From Phoronis australis (Eukaryota; Animalia; Phoronida), in contig NMRA01000010.1 in the NCBI GenBank assembly GCA_002633005.1, positions 1,398,982 to 1,462,981 of the forward strand: a DNA stretch of 64,000 nucleotides, written 5' to 3'. The notes below the pieces were generated by a model that was not told the DNA's origin, searched no databases, and saw only the letters and a program-made list of their open reading frames with translations. Shown one piece after another: positions 52,121 through 64,000 of this stretch (positions within the stretch are counted from its first letter, which is position 1; each line of letters opens with the position of its first letter). The translations under genes and the position numbers were made by a program.

Positions 52121-52855
52121 CCCCAACTCGATAAAACGTCGCCATCCTATGACATCCCGTTATTCAGATAGTGCCTGTAATTTTCCCGCCATATGTTTTG
52201 CATGTTGTGTATATAAGCCTACAATCTAATTAGTAGATACAGCCGAGTGGAAGTCAGTTGTGAAACGTCGAGTACTTGCAACAAAGACGGAATTATGTAA
52301 AGCCGCAGTCGTCAATTTTATCCCTTGGCTACTAGAAGATACCAACGATCGAAACGACGTGTCAATTAGCCAAAACATTGAACCTGAACGAAACCTGAGA
52401 CAGCAACTTTAACGAACTGTTCATCAAACGTCGGGGACTGTGCAATCGGTGACTCTTATAACTGAAGCCGTGAATAGTTCCCACTGATAATACAGTCATT
52501 GCCTTGTTTACAAATAAATCCGTTTCCTGACCTAAAAGCTATTTCAGCCCTCCCTAGCCATCATGCATTCCGTCGTGCACTGGCGATAGCCAATGTATTC
52601 GTGTCTCAGTTTGGACACATAAACACATTCGTGTCCCTAGCTTACTGAGCTTAGTTACTAGTCTAGTAGACTATACGGGTCACATACTGCAGTTAAGTTT
52701 ATATCAAACTACGTTAGGTCAGTACAATTGCAATGCATTGTCATTGTTTTCTTTCATTGCAGCAACTACGCTTTTATGGTATTCTATTTATGTAACTATC
52801 GCAAACACAGACTATTGTATTGACTTTTCTTCAAAACGAGCCGCTGCTCGCCTGC

Positions 52856-52951
52856 TTCGCTGAAGGGGATTTCTTCGAAATGACGTCACGGGAAATTTTT
52901 CATGGTTTCGTCACCAATGACCAATCAGCGAGCTCAGACCTGGGGAATTCC
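52856..52951 (+). promoter_or_regulatory. Dense candidate promoter: 2x STAT/GAS-like, CRE, kB-like sites, 2x CCAAT
   Basis: TTCGCTGAA 52856, TTCTTCGAA 52871, TGACGTCA 52881, GGGAAATTTT 52890, CCAAT 52914 and 52921, GGGGAATTCC 52942; 60-160 bp upstream of the ATG at 53014. Confidence 0.6.
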
Positions 52952-53013
52952 ACTATCGACTGGGTTAACTTTTATCACGTCTGAATGGATCAAACTGCCT
53001 CGCGTACCTGAAG

Positions 53014-53224
53014 ATGTCGGAGGGAGATTCAGTCTCGTCTGGTTTTAGTCAGGCGTTCGTTGATAACATTGTAAAAGTCAGTGATATTCCTAGTACTACT
53101 ACGCAAGAAGCGTTAGTAATTTACTTCCAAAGCGAGGCGAGTAGTGGAGGGGGGGAAGTCGTTCAAAATGGATGTGTGCGTTTAAATGATAACCAGGCAC
53201 TTGTGGTCTTCACAGAAAAACGGA
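53014..53224 (+). CDS. Duplicate copy of exon 1 of the PARP14-like gene (probable alternative haplotype)
   Basis: Near-identical to 54398-54608. The block ~52850-53873 ends exactly at the N at 53874 and repeats at ~54235-55263. Confidence 0.7.
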
Positions 53225-54239
53225 GTAAGTATAGAAAGTGTTGTGTTTGCATGACCTGCTTCTCAAATAACAACGGTGACGCTGTTGCAGGTCACATAGC
53301 CGACCACTCCCCGCAATTTCTGACCGACCACAGCTTGTGAAAAGATCACTGAGGCAATTAAAAGCAGAGAGAATCGCTTTCTTATCGTCAACCGGGACAG
53401 CTTCGAGGACAGGTAGCCCCCTGAAAAGAGTTACTCGGCAACTCAAGCCCAGGCCTCAAGAAGTGGCAGCCAACCCGAGCATTTTATATTGGCGGACTTA
53501 GAGGGGGGCCAAGTCGACCATGCCCACCCGGGGCGAAAATTCTCCCTGGTTCCATTTGGCAGTTAAGGGATGTGAATGTCTGACGAGCAAAATCCTGGCT
53601 AATACTAGTTGCCATGCTCTCTCTTCTCAAAATCCTGAATCCGTCCATATTCTATAAACACTAAAAACCACGCACTGGTTTGCCAAAGCTATGTACAGGG
53701 AGGTAATTTTTCGAGGGCGTAACAACTGACTTGCCACGAACATAGCTCTAACTAGGTCGATAAGCTAATCTGAGGCTATGTATTGGCGGTCACTATGCCG
53801 GAGTGACAATAAACAAATTTCTGGGTTTTTTTTGTCGCCCTTATCATAGCCGGTTATCATACATCTACATGTANCACAAATTATTTCGTAAAAAATCACA
53901 TCACTTCAGAATACAGCATAGTATACAAGATAATAATTATCATTAAATTTTCGTATACGTTACTGCTGATGTATTCCTTGACTCGTTAGCTTTGAAATGC
54001 GGGAGTTTGACGAGAACAGAGAGATTTAAACAGCTATAAATCCATCGACATTCTTCCCGTACTGGAAGTCACCATGTTGATGAACTAGTTTGACCTATTA
54101 TTCAACTGACCAATAGAATGCCTTGTTTCTTGAAATCGGAACAGCCAATGATATTCCAAGAATACATATGGAAAAGTGCGCTGTAGCAGACCCCAACCAA
54201 CCTCGAGGGTCTGTGCAGGAGACTATGCTCGCCGCCTGC

Positions 54240-54335
54240 TTCGCTGAAGGGGTTTTCTTCGAAATGACGTCACGGGAAATTTTTCATGGTTTCGTCACCA
54301 ATGACCAATCAGCGAGCTCAGACCTGGGGAATTCC
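54240..54335 (+). promoter_or_regulatory. Second copy of the STAT/CRE/NF-kB-like promoter
   Basis: TTCGCTGAA 54240, TTCTTCGAA 54255, TGACGTCA 54265, GGGGAATTCC 54326. Confidence 0.6.
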
Positions 54336-54397
54336 ACTATCGACTGGGGTAACTTTTATCACGTCTGAATGGATCAAACTGCCTCATGTCCCTGAAG

Positions 54398-57300
54398 ATG
54401 TCGGAGGGAGATTCAGTCTCGTCTGGTTTTAGTCAGGCGTTCGTTGGTAACATTGTAAAAGTCAGTGATATTCCTAGTAGTACTACGCAAGAAGCGTTAG
54501 TAATTTACTTCCAAAGCGAGGCGAGTAGTGGAGGGGGGGAAGTCGTTCAAAATGGATGTGTGCGTTTAAATGATAACCAGGCACTTGTGGTCTTCACAGA
54601 TATACGGAGTAAGTATAGAAAGTGTTGTGTTTGCATGACCTGCTTCTCAAATAACTGTTTGCTAGTAACTCATTCGCAACGGTAACGCTGTTGCAGGTCA
54701 CATAGCCGACTCCCCGCAATTTCTGACCGACCACAGCTTGTGAAAAGATCACTGAGGCAAGCAGAGTAAACGCTTTCTTATCGTCAACCGGCACAGCTTC
54801 GAGGACAGGTAGCCCCCTGAAAAGAGTTTTTCGGCAACTCACGCCCAGGCCTCAAAGTGGCAGCCAACCCGAGCATTTTATATTGGCGGACTTAGAGGGG
54901 GGCCAAGTCGACCATGCCCACCCGAAAATTCTCACTGGTTCCATTTGGCAGTTAAGGGATGTGAATGTCTGACGAGTAAAATCCTGGCTAGTACTAGTTG
55001 CCATGCTCTCCCTTCTCAAAATCCTGGATCCGTCCATATTCTATAAACACTAAAAACCAAGCACTGGTTTGCCAAAGCTATGTACAGGGAGGTAATCTTT
55101 CGAGGGCGTAACAACTGACTTGCCACGAACATAGCTCTAACTAGGTCGATAAGCTAATCTGAGGCTATGCATTGGCGGTCACTATGCCGGAGTGACAATA
55201 AACAAATTTCTGGGTTTTTTTTGTCGCCCTTATCATAGCCGGTTATCATACATCTACATGTATACGTACTGAGTATGGTCTTGGCAGAGTGCACATCAAA
55301 CTTTATTGCCATAATACCCGGCTTGTACACATTCCAGCGCCCTCTTGAGGAAGCTTATAGCCACGCCTACTTACATGTACATTATGCAGTAGCTAGTGTA
55401 GATATCTCGGGACTATTACTCTCAGCTAGATATGTGCAAACTTAAATTTGATTTTTCAGGCAAACAGCGAGTATTGAGTAGAGACCACGTTTTAAACGAT
55501 ACACAGCTTAAGGTGACGCCATTCCCGGACACGGGTGAGGAGGTCCCTCATGCCCAGGGTGGATCAGTAAGTTAAAATGCAAATAACGACAATAGACACG
55601 ATTACCACTCGTCATAGAAAACATGGAAATAAATGACATGCGTGGAGAATTCATGAAAAAAGAAAGAGGGTAAAATATCACTGATTTTTTTGTATTATTT
55701 ACTTCAATACCATATGATTATGAAGTATACCGCATTACTTCCCTGAAATCGGTTTAATATTGTATCTGTGCAAAACGCACAAGTCACGCCGTTGAGTTCG
55801 TGCTCAGCAAGATGCATTGTACTTAGCTAGAAACTTTAGCAAAAGTTACCACATTTGTGAGAAAATTACAAAATGTCATGAAAGCAGTGACAGCGAAAAC
55901 ACATTATGTTTGGGACACTGTGAGAATAAAAATTGCTGTTGTTGTCGAAGTCACATCTCGCAACTGAGCTTCAAATTATCTGTGCATGTTAGAGTTTCAG
56001 GTAAGCGCCATATTGAATAATTTGAAAATTCCATGTCATGACTTATTGTACATTCACAGATCACGTTCTCCTACAAGGGGAAATTTGAAGACACGGCATA
56101 TTCAGAAAAATATATATCAGTTGAGTCTGTCTGAGACTTGTTGTAAATGCTTGTAAAAACATCTGCATTAATTAACCATAAAATTGAGCAAGCGGTTGAT
56201 CTTTTTCGTTGTGTAGCGACATGAACTATCTATCTTAACATACGTTGTAGTGTAGCGACATGAACTATCTAAACATGCGTTGTAATGTAGCGACATGAAC
56301 TATCTATCTAAACATGCAAAAATCAGGGGTGGTAATGTAACACATACCACCCGCCGGCCGTAGAACACTCACCACGGAGAGCACTTTATTAATAGACACC
56401 CGAATCCTAGTCAATCACCTTGAAACGAGTGTTGAAACAGCTTTTCGATTTTACTCACGGTCTCAGGATTTCTGCTCCATTTTCAGAAGTATAATGCAAA
56501 TTCCAAAACCTATCCTGTCATACAACGTGTATATTACTTGCCATTAAACCAAAATCAATCTAAAACATTATATTTTTTCTGTGTGACTGGGCACCCCGCG
56601 GTCTAAAAATACATTCCGGTGTTCTAAGCGGTTTAAAGAACAGAAAAACTTCTGTGACCCAAAAATGTTTAGTTTTAGGTTCAACAACTTTCATTATCAT
56701 CCGAAAAACTGATTTTGCGGGTTACCGTGATTAAACTTTCAAACTTCACACAAAGATTAATAAGGAGCGGAAAAATATTAACGTGCACAAATATAAAGGT
56801 GCACATTTCAATGCAAACAACCCGAGATGCGTGGTAGGACTGGCTCTTTGTGTGTCTAGTTTATCTTCTATCTTAAGCACGGTTAATATTCTGTGATTGA
56901 CGACTTTTTCTGTAAAGCAGTAGGCGTTCCAATGTTTGGCAAGTGTTCTGCGGGCCGTGGTAACGGTTTGTTGATCACCGTTTAAATAACTGGGGGAATT
57001 GGTGACGTAGTGGTCAGCTTAGCCATGGTTAGCTATAACTTTGCTCTAAATGCCGTTGATTCAGGGCTCTCATCACGGCTACGGCTTATGGGATAGTCCG
57101 CTCCTGGGAAGCTTCCAAATGTGTCAGCCACATTTTGAAAATCCGTGGAGTAAAGGGACTCCGACCGACGGTGTGAACTATTCGTATGGTAATGGCCACA
57201 GCTACCACCAGGTTATGAACACCAATGACGTAGTGAACTACCCACCAATGGCAGATGTATCTAGTATTTGGACCGATACGCCGTCAAAAGTGGAGAACTT

Positions 57301-60300
57301 CATTCCTGCAGAATCAGCTGATGGTGCATTAGCGGAGCAAGAAACTTCCCACGGTAATTATCGGGCGGTAAACAATGGTGTGTTATGTAGCTAAGGCGTA
57401 AAAGTTCAGTATCTGCGATAAATTTAGCATTTTGAGCCAGTTCCCAATTAATTTCTAGTTAAGGAAATTTGTACCTTTATTCAAGCACAACACATAGTTG
57501 TGATGAAAGAAGTTAGTTTTGTATTCGTAAATTATGAACCCCCCGATTTCTCTCAGTTTTTAGCCTGCCAGGACGTGAGGGCTTTATTGAAACCAGTACT
57601 ATGTATACCGGTATTTGACGATTCTTTAGACTCCACCACGTCTTGCTCCCAATACACTCCCTTTAAATGAACTCCATGTTAGGACTGATATCTGCTTAAG
57701 TCCGATAAAACGTGCTCTCGTAATTTCAATAGGTTATCTATCGATCAACGAGATTGAGAACGTGACGCCACCACCCGGACTTGGAGAAAAGTGTAAACCT
57801 CGTAAGTTATAACATGTACTACTGTGTTGACGACTCGTATCCTAGACGGCGATTGTTGATAACTCATCTCATTGTGATTATGTCAAAATTCAAGCATACT
57901 TAACCAAACGCGTATTCACACGAAAACCTACAGTGTTTTGTATCGTCTTCCGCTGGCCAAGCTTTTCATGTTTATATTATCGACGATGCCACGATTCCGC
58001 CATTCGCGTCATATTCTTCCATTCCACTGTTACTTGTAAAATTGGTCGAGCATGGGGTTCCGGACTCCTGAACCACAAGGATCTGAACCTGGAAGGTGAT
58101 TGTTAGAAGAATTTCGACTACTGATAGAACGGTCATTATTATTCACACCAATTAAGACGTTCCCATTGTTTTCTCTCAATAGATGAAAGGAGGCTTTTGG
58201 AAGTTACTGGATTTAAAGACGGAACTACTCCAGAAATGATTGAACTATTTTTTGAAAACAAAAAGAAATCAGGAGGAGGAGATATCAAGGATTTCCAGTT
58301 CGATGTTGATAAGAACAAAGCATTCATCGAGTTTGACGACCCGAAAGGTATTATTTAAAGTTGCGTATCCCCCCCCCGTTCTACTGACTAAGAAGTAAGA
58401 GAATTAGACCATTTACTTTGATCAAAACGGTCTCAAAAGTCTTTAGGGCTTGTTTTCTGTTACAAAGAATCACAAAATCCTCAACAAATATCAATAAACG
58501 TATTGGAAATTGATTGATTTTATTGGGGTGTGCCAACCATGAAATTTAAAAATGGCGTCCAGGGAATTCCATTCAAAGTCTGACCCGCTACACGGCAAAG
58601 ACCATTTCCTCTGAGTACATCTTAAATCAGCTTTTGACAGGTTTTGCCTCTCCAGTTAAGTACTCAAAATATGTTTAAAAGGATAGCTAAAATGGTAAAT
58701 TGTAGCTTTAAGTGTTTCATGTCGTTTTGTTGAATGTATAAAATATGTAACCTTTATGGATGTATCCATCCGACTACAGTGTACACATGAAAAAGAGTTA
58801 CGTTGAGGACCAGTTTCGCTGCAAATACAACCACAGACTGTTGTGTTCGTGAGCCATGGCTCTGTGCAAATTTATCGAAGCTGCTCTACAGTGGATTCGA
58901 AATCATTGCAATGCTCAGTGTAAAATCTCTTTCTTTCTCTTCCTTGCTTTGTTTTAATCGATGACTACGTTGCTCTCCTGCTCCCAAACGCCTCTTCTCA
59001 AAATCATCTAAGAACAGCCTAAACAAAAGGCTAGTCAAGTAATGTCGATTAGTTAGTTGGAACGCGGAATCGAAATCACTACCTTCACAAAATCAGTCAA
59101 CACTCTCTAACGATGGGCAAACATATACATTTGATCTGGTGGAGTAATACATACTCAGTATGTTAAGCGTAGGCAAATGGTAAAGCCCTTATTTGAGCAA
59201 ATGCATGGCAGAAAATGGCAAGAGTTCGCGATTTGTTATCAAATAAGAAAGCGCAACTGATTTTGTTGCTACGAAGGTCTTGTCAAAGCCAATAACTAAA
59301 TAATTTTACCCAATACAGCAACAATCCAAAAATTGTGTTTTTAGGCCGAAAAAGTGACAATGTTCCTTTGACAGTATGCAAAATGAATGCATTTATAAAG
59401 ATTTCATCGACCTCGATTGTATATCATTGTTATGATAAATAGCATTCCTTTGTGAACACGGACAACGGACATTAGATTCTCATTTTTAACCAAACGAAAT
59501 ACGTTGTAATGAAAATTGTCAATTCTATCAATGTTGTATTTTAAGTTTTCACGCAACATTTCAAACCGTGGATTCATTGAGAAATTCCATTTCTGACATT
59601 TTGTCGCTATTTTCTGAGAGAAATCCGCATATTATTATTGTATACCTATACAGGGCAATGTAAACTTCGGCTTATTTACACCACGTGGTTTACTACTACG
59701 GGGTGCACTCGCATTTCTCATCCTCAACGCAAAGCCGTAGTCTTGTGTACATGGGGGCGCAGCACTGACAAACGTTGGGGCCATGACCCCCAGCCCTCTG
59801 TGGTTCACCGCCCATAGACCATGGGCCACAAAACTACATAGTAATAAAATCTTAACAATTAATGTTTGGGTTAGTTTGTATATTAAAGTTGTACGTTCTG
59901 GGCGTAATGGGGTTACGGCCGGTAAACTGTTTATTAGCGGTGATCTGAGCTACGAAACAAAACTTAAGTTGACTTTGTATTTTTATTATTTTGGTTTTAT
60001 TTTTTATTTCAGGTTCGCAATTTTGTACACTCTTAACCATTCTCTGAAATCAAGCCCGGTTACTTTATCAGTTAATAAATGCGCTTAAATACATGTACAT
60101 GTAACTGTGCCATATATTGAGGCGAGTTTAGTTTAATCTACTGGCAAAGTGTTAGACTGCTACAGACGAGGCTGTGCATTCGATTCCACGTTGGAGATAA
60201 TTCCTGAAATATACATGCAATTTTCTCTGTGACAATGCCACTTGAAACGAATTGACGTATTCATCTGTAGGTGGTGGATAGCCTTATACTATGCCTGTTT

Positions 60301-63300
60301 TTATCTTTCCGCGTTTAAAGACCTTGACTCCGTTTTGAACAAAACCGAGCTGGTTTTGGGAGGCACAAGAATCAAGGTGAAGGTTTATGCTCCAAAGCCG
60401 AAAACAGCCGTTTCTGTGACAGGAATGCGGGAAGGAACAACGATGGAGACGTTGGAGCTCTACTTTGAAAACCCCAAGCGGTCAAAAGGGGACGACGTTA
60501 AAACCATAAGGATGAACGAAGCACAGACAGCAGCTGTGATCGACTATGGTTCAGTTGAAGGTTTGGAAGAGCTTTTAAGCCAGATAATAGTTTTTATTAA
60601 TTACATATTGCGCCAGTGCCATTGTCAGGAAACGATTTGCTTTTTAGCGTGATAGGATAATTACAATTTTTTTGCGTGACATTGTTTAGGCTTAACCAGT
60701 TTATTCAATCGCGTATGATCAACATTCTCATCTTTATTTTGTAGATCCATGTACGTCCTCAGTATTTGCTTTTCCACAATTCAGTAGTTCGGAAGGAAGG
60801 CCATTATTGTACATGACGCGGCCTTCCATGTGGAGGCTTCAGTGCCCGGTTGCATGAAACACTCCCAGATGGGGACCAACTATGTTCCCTTAGTCTGTTG
60901 CGTATTTGTTTTGTTCTTCACTCATAGATGTTATGTTGCCTATCATTTTACCTAAATTGTGACATTTTATAATAATATAACTTAAAACTGAACCTTTAAT
61001 TGAGCTATATAATGATTAAATACTTGGTCCTTAAATTAGAGGCGATGTATGAAAAGAACATAATTTTGATAATAATGAGGATTCTACGTGCAGGCCACTC
61101 TTGGTGTGTATCAAAGCCAAATACTGACTTACAGTACAAGTGAGACTCAAACAGCTTAAGCAAGGGCAAGCTGCGTTTTCACAAACAAATACGCATTAGA
61201 TTTAGAGAACTGTTTAGTTATCTTTTTGTATAAAAAATACTTTACTACATTAGGTTTCGATGAGAGATCCAAGTGGCCGTGTCGTATATGCACTTAAAGT
61301 GCTGACACCCCACCTGCTGTAAACCAGTCATTTCATGTCTTATTTTGATGACCAAGAAGGTAAAACGCATAGAAGTTAGATACGAAACAGCACGAGGTCA
61401 CCCTTTTAGTGACTCATTGGAGGCAAATTGGCTACATACGGTAAAAACATTGTTGTCGACAGTATTTCCTAACTGGAGGTGCTTTGTACATTCATTTGCA
61501 AGGCACTGAGCTAAGGAGGCACTAACTACATTGTATTCTGTGCTTCTAACCATGTGCATTGCGTAGCACTTTCATTGACGAAAGGGACTAAAAAGTGTAT
61601 AATATTCTTCATTGTATATGAGATTAAAAAGTTGCTGTCGGGCGTTTCCTATCGAATTCTGAAAACTTACATATTGACCATCAAAATATACATGTTAATG
61701 AACACAAGTATGTGACAATGTATTAATAATAGTGCTATGATGCGTAGTCATAGCTCTACTGTACCTGGTGTGGTTCAAGCATTGTGAGATGGCCTCGATT
61801 GTTTGCCCTACTGATGTCTGAGACGTTGAAGCATGTCGAATTAAAAAAACTCATTGTTTTATAAATAGGTAAATAAAACAACAAAAATGGATCAACTTGT
61901 TTTTTATTTACCTATTTATACTCTACATTTCGTGAAACAATAGTATCCTTAGGAGGATCTGGATCGCCTTATTTACATGTATTTTCAGATTTATTTTCTA
62001 CATTGTTTTTATTAATACGTGTTAATGCGGTTTATTGATTTAATCTGAATTTTGCACATGTTTGTTGTAGTTGCCGAACGAGTTGCTGCTAAAAAGGATC
62101 ACGTGCTGTCGAATGCCTCACTCACCGTTATTCAGTGCAGTCCAGATGATGAAAGCGAGGCGGAGGAAATGAGTTCAGAAGAGGAAGACTCTTCGTCTGA
62201 CGGAGACTATCAGCAGACAGAGCAATTGCCCATGACCGCAATTCGCGTAACTAACTTCAATCCTGAAACACCAGATGAGACGTTGGTTTTATTCTTTGAG
62301 AGCCCAAAAAGGTGTGGTGGTGGAGAAATTTTACGTATCCGAGTTAATGAAGAAAGAACTGTGGCTGTTATTGATTATGGATCAGTGGAAGGTAAGGCTA
62401 TTTTTTCAATTCTCTTTGTTCTGGAAATTTGAGCTCTAATTTACTTGAATATTGTCCGCTATGATAGTTTGTTATGTTTTCATTCCAAATGAACATCTGT
62501 TACTTTAATCAGTTGCTGAAAGGGTTGCTACCACCTCCGAGTTGATAGTAGACCGGTCCTTGGTTGCCGTAAACGCATGCTGTCCAGACGTTTCCGTGGA
62601 ACCGATTTCGTCTGAAGCTGGACTTGCTGTGGATGTTTCTGGCTTTAAACCGTCATCACCTGAAGAAATGATCAAACATTTCTTTGAAAACAAGAAGAAA
62701 TCTCGAGGTGGTCCAATTCTTTCAATGAAACTCCTTGAAGATGTCGACCCAAGGACATACAGAATTGTGTTCCAGAAGTCAGATGGTACGTTTAAGTCTA
62801 CATGTGTCACATTTTGTAGCGTGTACTTTTCATTCCGTAGTATTCCTCACGCAGAATTACAAAAACTTATTATGGAAAGACTGCCTTTAGCCACCTGTTT
62901 ATTTAAAAGCATTATTTTGTAGAGAGGGCGTTTTCATGTAATCCTTGTGTTACCATTGATCACCTACAAGTCAATTAAAATACTTCACAATTACAATGTA
63001 TTGTGTAATAGGTTCGTTTTTTTGTTTTAGACGCAATCCGTGTTTTGAAGAAGAAAAACCTTAAACTAGGTTCCGCAGAATTGATTGTCGCTGTTGCTAG
63101 CGACGCCGGACGGAGCCAAGCCCACACTTGTGCAACCTCAGTGATGCAGTCTGAACACCCAGAGCAAGCGCAACCTGTAACAACAATTAGAATCAGCGGT
63201 CTGCCTAAGGATACGTCACATGATCTCCTAGAGAATTTTTTCGAAAACAGACGCAAATCTGCAGGCGGAAAAGTCAACAAGGTTGAGCTAGATGAAGTCA

Positions 63301-63741
63301 ATCAAACTGCATTAGTGACGTTTGCTGACCCTTCAGGTAGGTCTTCGAAAACATTTCCTTAACTGGATGTTATTGGACTTTACCTGAATTGAGTGTATCT
63401 AATATTAATAGTCAGTTCGGTTGATTTGATTTTGATATTTGGCTCTTCTGGACCTCCTTTATGACAAGGTGCACTCGTTTCAGCTGCGGACAGGGTCTAC
63501 CAGAACCGTTTTTCCCTGAAGCTGAATAAAACTCCTATTGACGTAGAGCTTGTCCAACCGCCCAAACCGAAAAAGAAGTTACCATTGGACCCCTATAAAG
63601 TGGTGGTCAGTAACATTCCCGAAGACGCTAGCTCTGAACTACTATTAAACTACATGGAAAACAGGACACGGTGTGACGTCAGTGCTATTCGCTACGGAGA
63701 AAAGCCAGGCTTGGGGATTGTGATTTTTGAACAAGTTCCAG
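54398..63741 (+). CDS. PARP14/PARP10/NMI-IFP35-like protein, N-terminal tandem RRM-like repeats; 3' end lies beyond the window
   Basis: Exons 54398-54608, 55460-55566, 57065-57353, 57733-57801, 58183-58347, 60321-60560, 62071-62391, 62513-62785, 63031-63336 and 63484-63741, all phase-compatible. The repeated motif VxGxxxxTxxExLxLYFENxKxSGGGxV...AxVxF is typical of the PARP14-family RRM/NID repeats. No macro or PARP catalytic domain is visible in the window. Confidence 0.85.
56210..56316. repeat. Three-copy 35-39 bp minisatellite
   Basis: tgtagcgacatgaactatct(atct)..acat.cg occurs three times. Confidence 0.85.
61860..61920. repeat. Perfect 19-bp inverted repeat (intronic hairpin)
   Basis: tataaataggtaaataaaa (61860-61878) / ttttatttacctatttata (61902-61920). 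Confidence 0.85.
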
Positions 63742-64000
63742 GTAAGACGAGTGTTGTGGTGCGGTTTTCTTTAAAAGGGTGTGAAATTTACTCTGAGTCG
63801 GAGGATTCGAATCAACCATAGTTATTGTTTTACAATTTCACAAAGAAACTGTCTGTGTGATGATAAATAATTTGCGCATTTATTAAAATAAACTTTTATG
63901 CCCGTTACTTTTATTATTTTCTTTTTTCTTGATTAACACAAACGTTATACCAAAACCGTAAGTAACACTTAAGTGTTTTCGATGTCGCGTGTGTCGGTCT

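Noticed and set aside
56210-56316. CRISPR-like repeat array
   Set aside because: Eukaryotic intron, no unique spacers and no cas genes; a simple minisatellite.

Overview
This is eukaryotic DNA, AT-rich with GT-AG introns, and most likely from a marine invertebrate (inferred from the gene and repeat content). It is a draft scaffold with gaps at 7199, 19134-19257, 23926, 49920 and 53874. There are six spliced genes, all on the + strand: (1) an animal heme peroxidase of the peroxinectin/chorion-peroxidase type, with 13 traceable coding exons from 1704 to 21137 and an unresolved 5' end; (2) four secreted two-exon C-type lectins in the order A1-B1-A2-B2, which is a duplicated two-gene cassette whose coiled-coil/Cys stalks align in register and whose sugar-site motifs are non-canonical (QPN, EPY); (3) the 5' part of a PARP14/PARP10/NMI-like tandem-RRM gene, with a compact STAT/CRE/NF-kB-like promoter. 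Between and inside the genes are Tx1/L1-type LINE relics, Penelope relics with minimal hammerhead-like motifs, a rearranged Kolobok-like relic (transposase Zn motif, P2X7-ballast-like ORF, THAP), MITEs and a degenerate ~135-bp array carrying CTCF-like motifs. Two near-identical duplications abut single-N gaps and are probably uncollapsed haplotypes, although each shows a structural difference between its copies. The best candidate for an undescribed system is the paired A/B lectin cassette next to the peroxidase. All assignments come from motif recognition by eye; no database searches were run.
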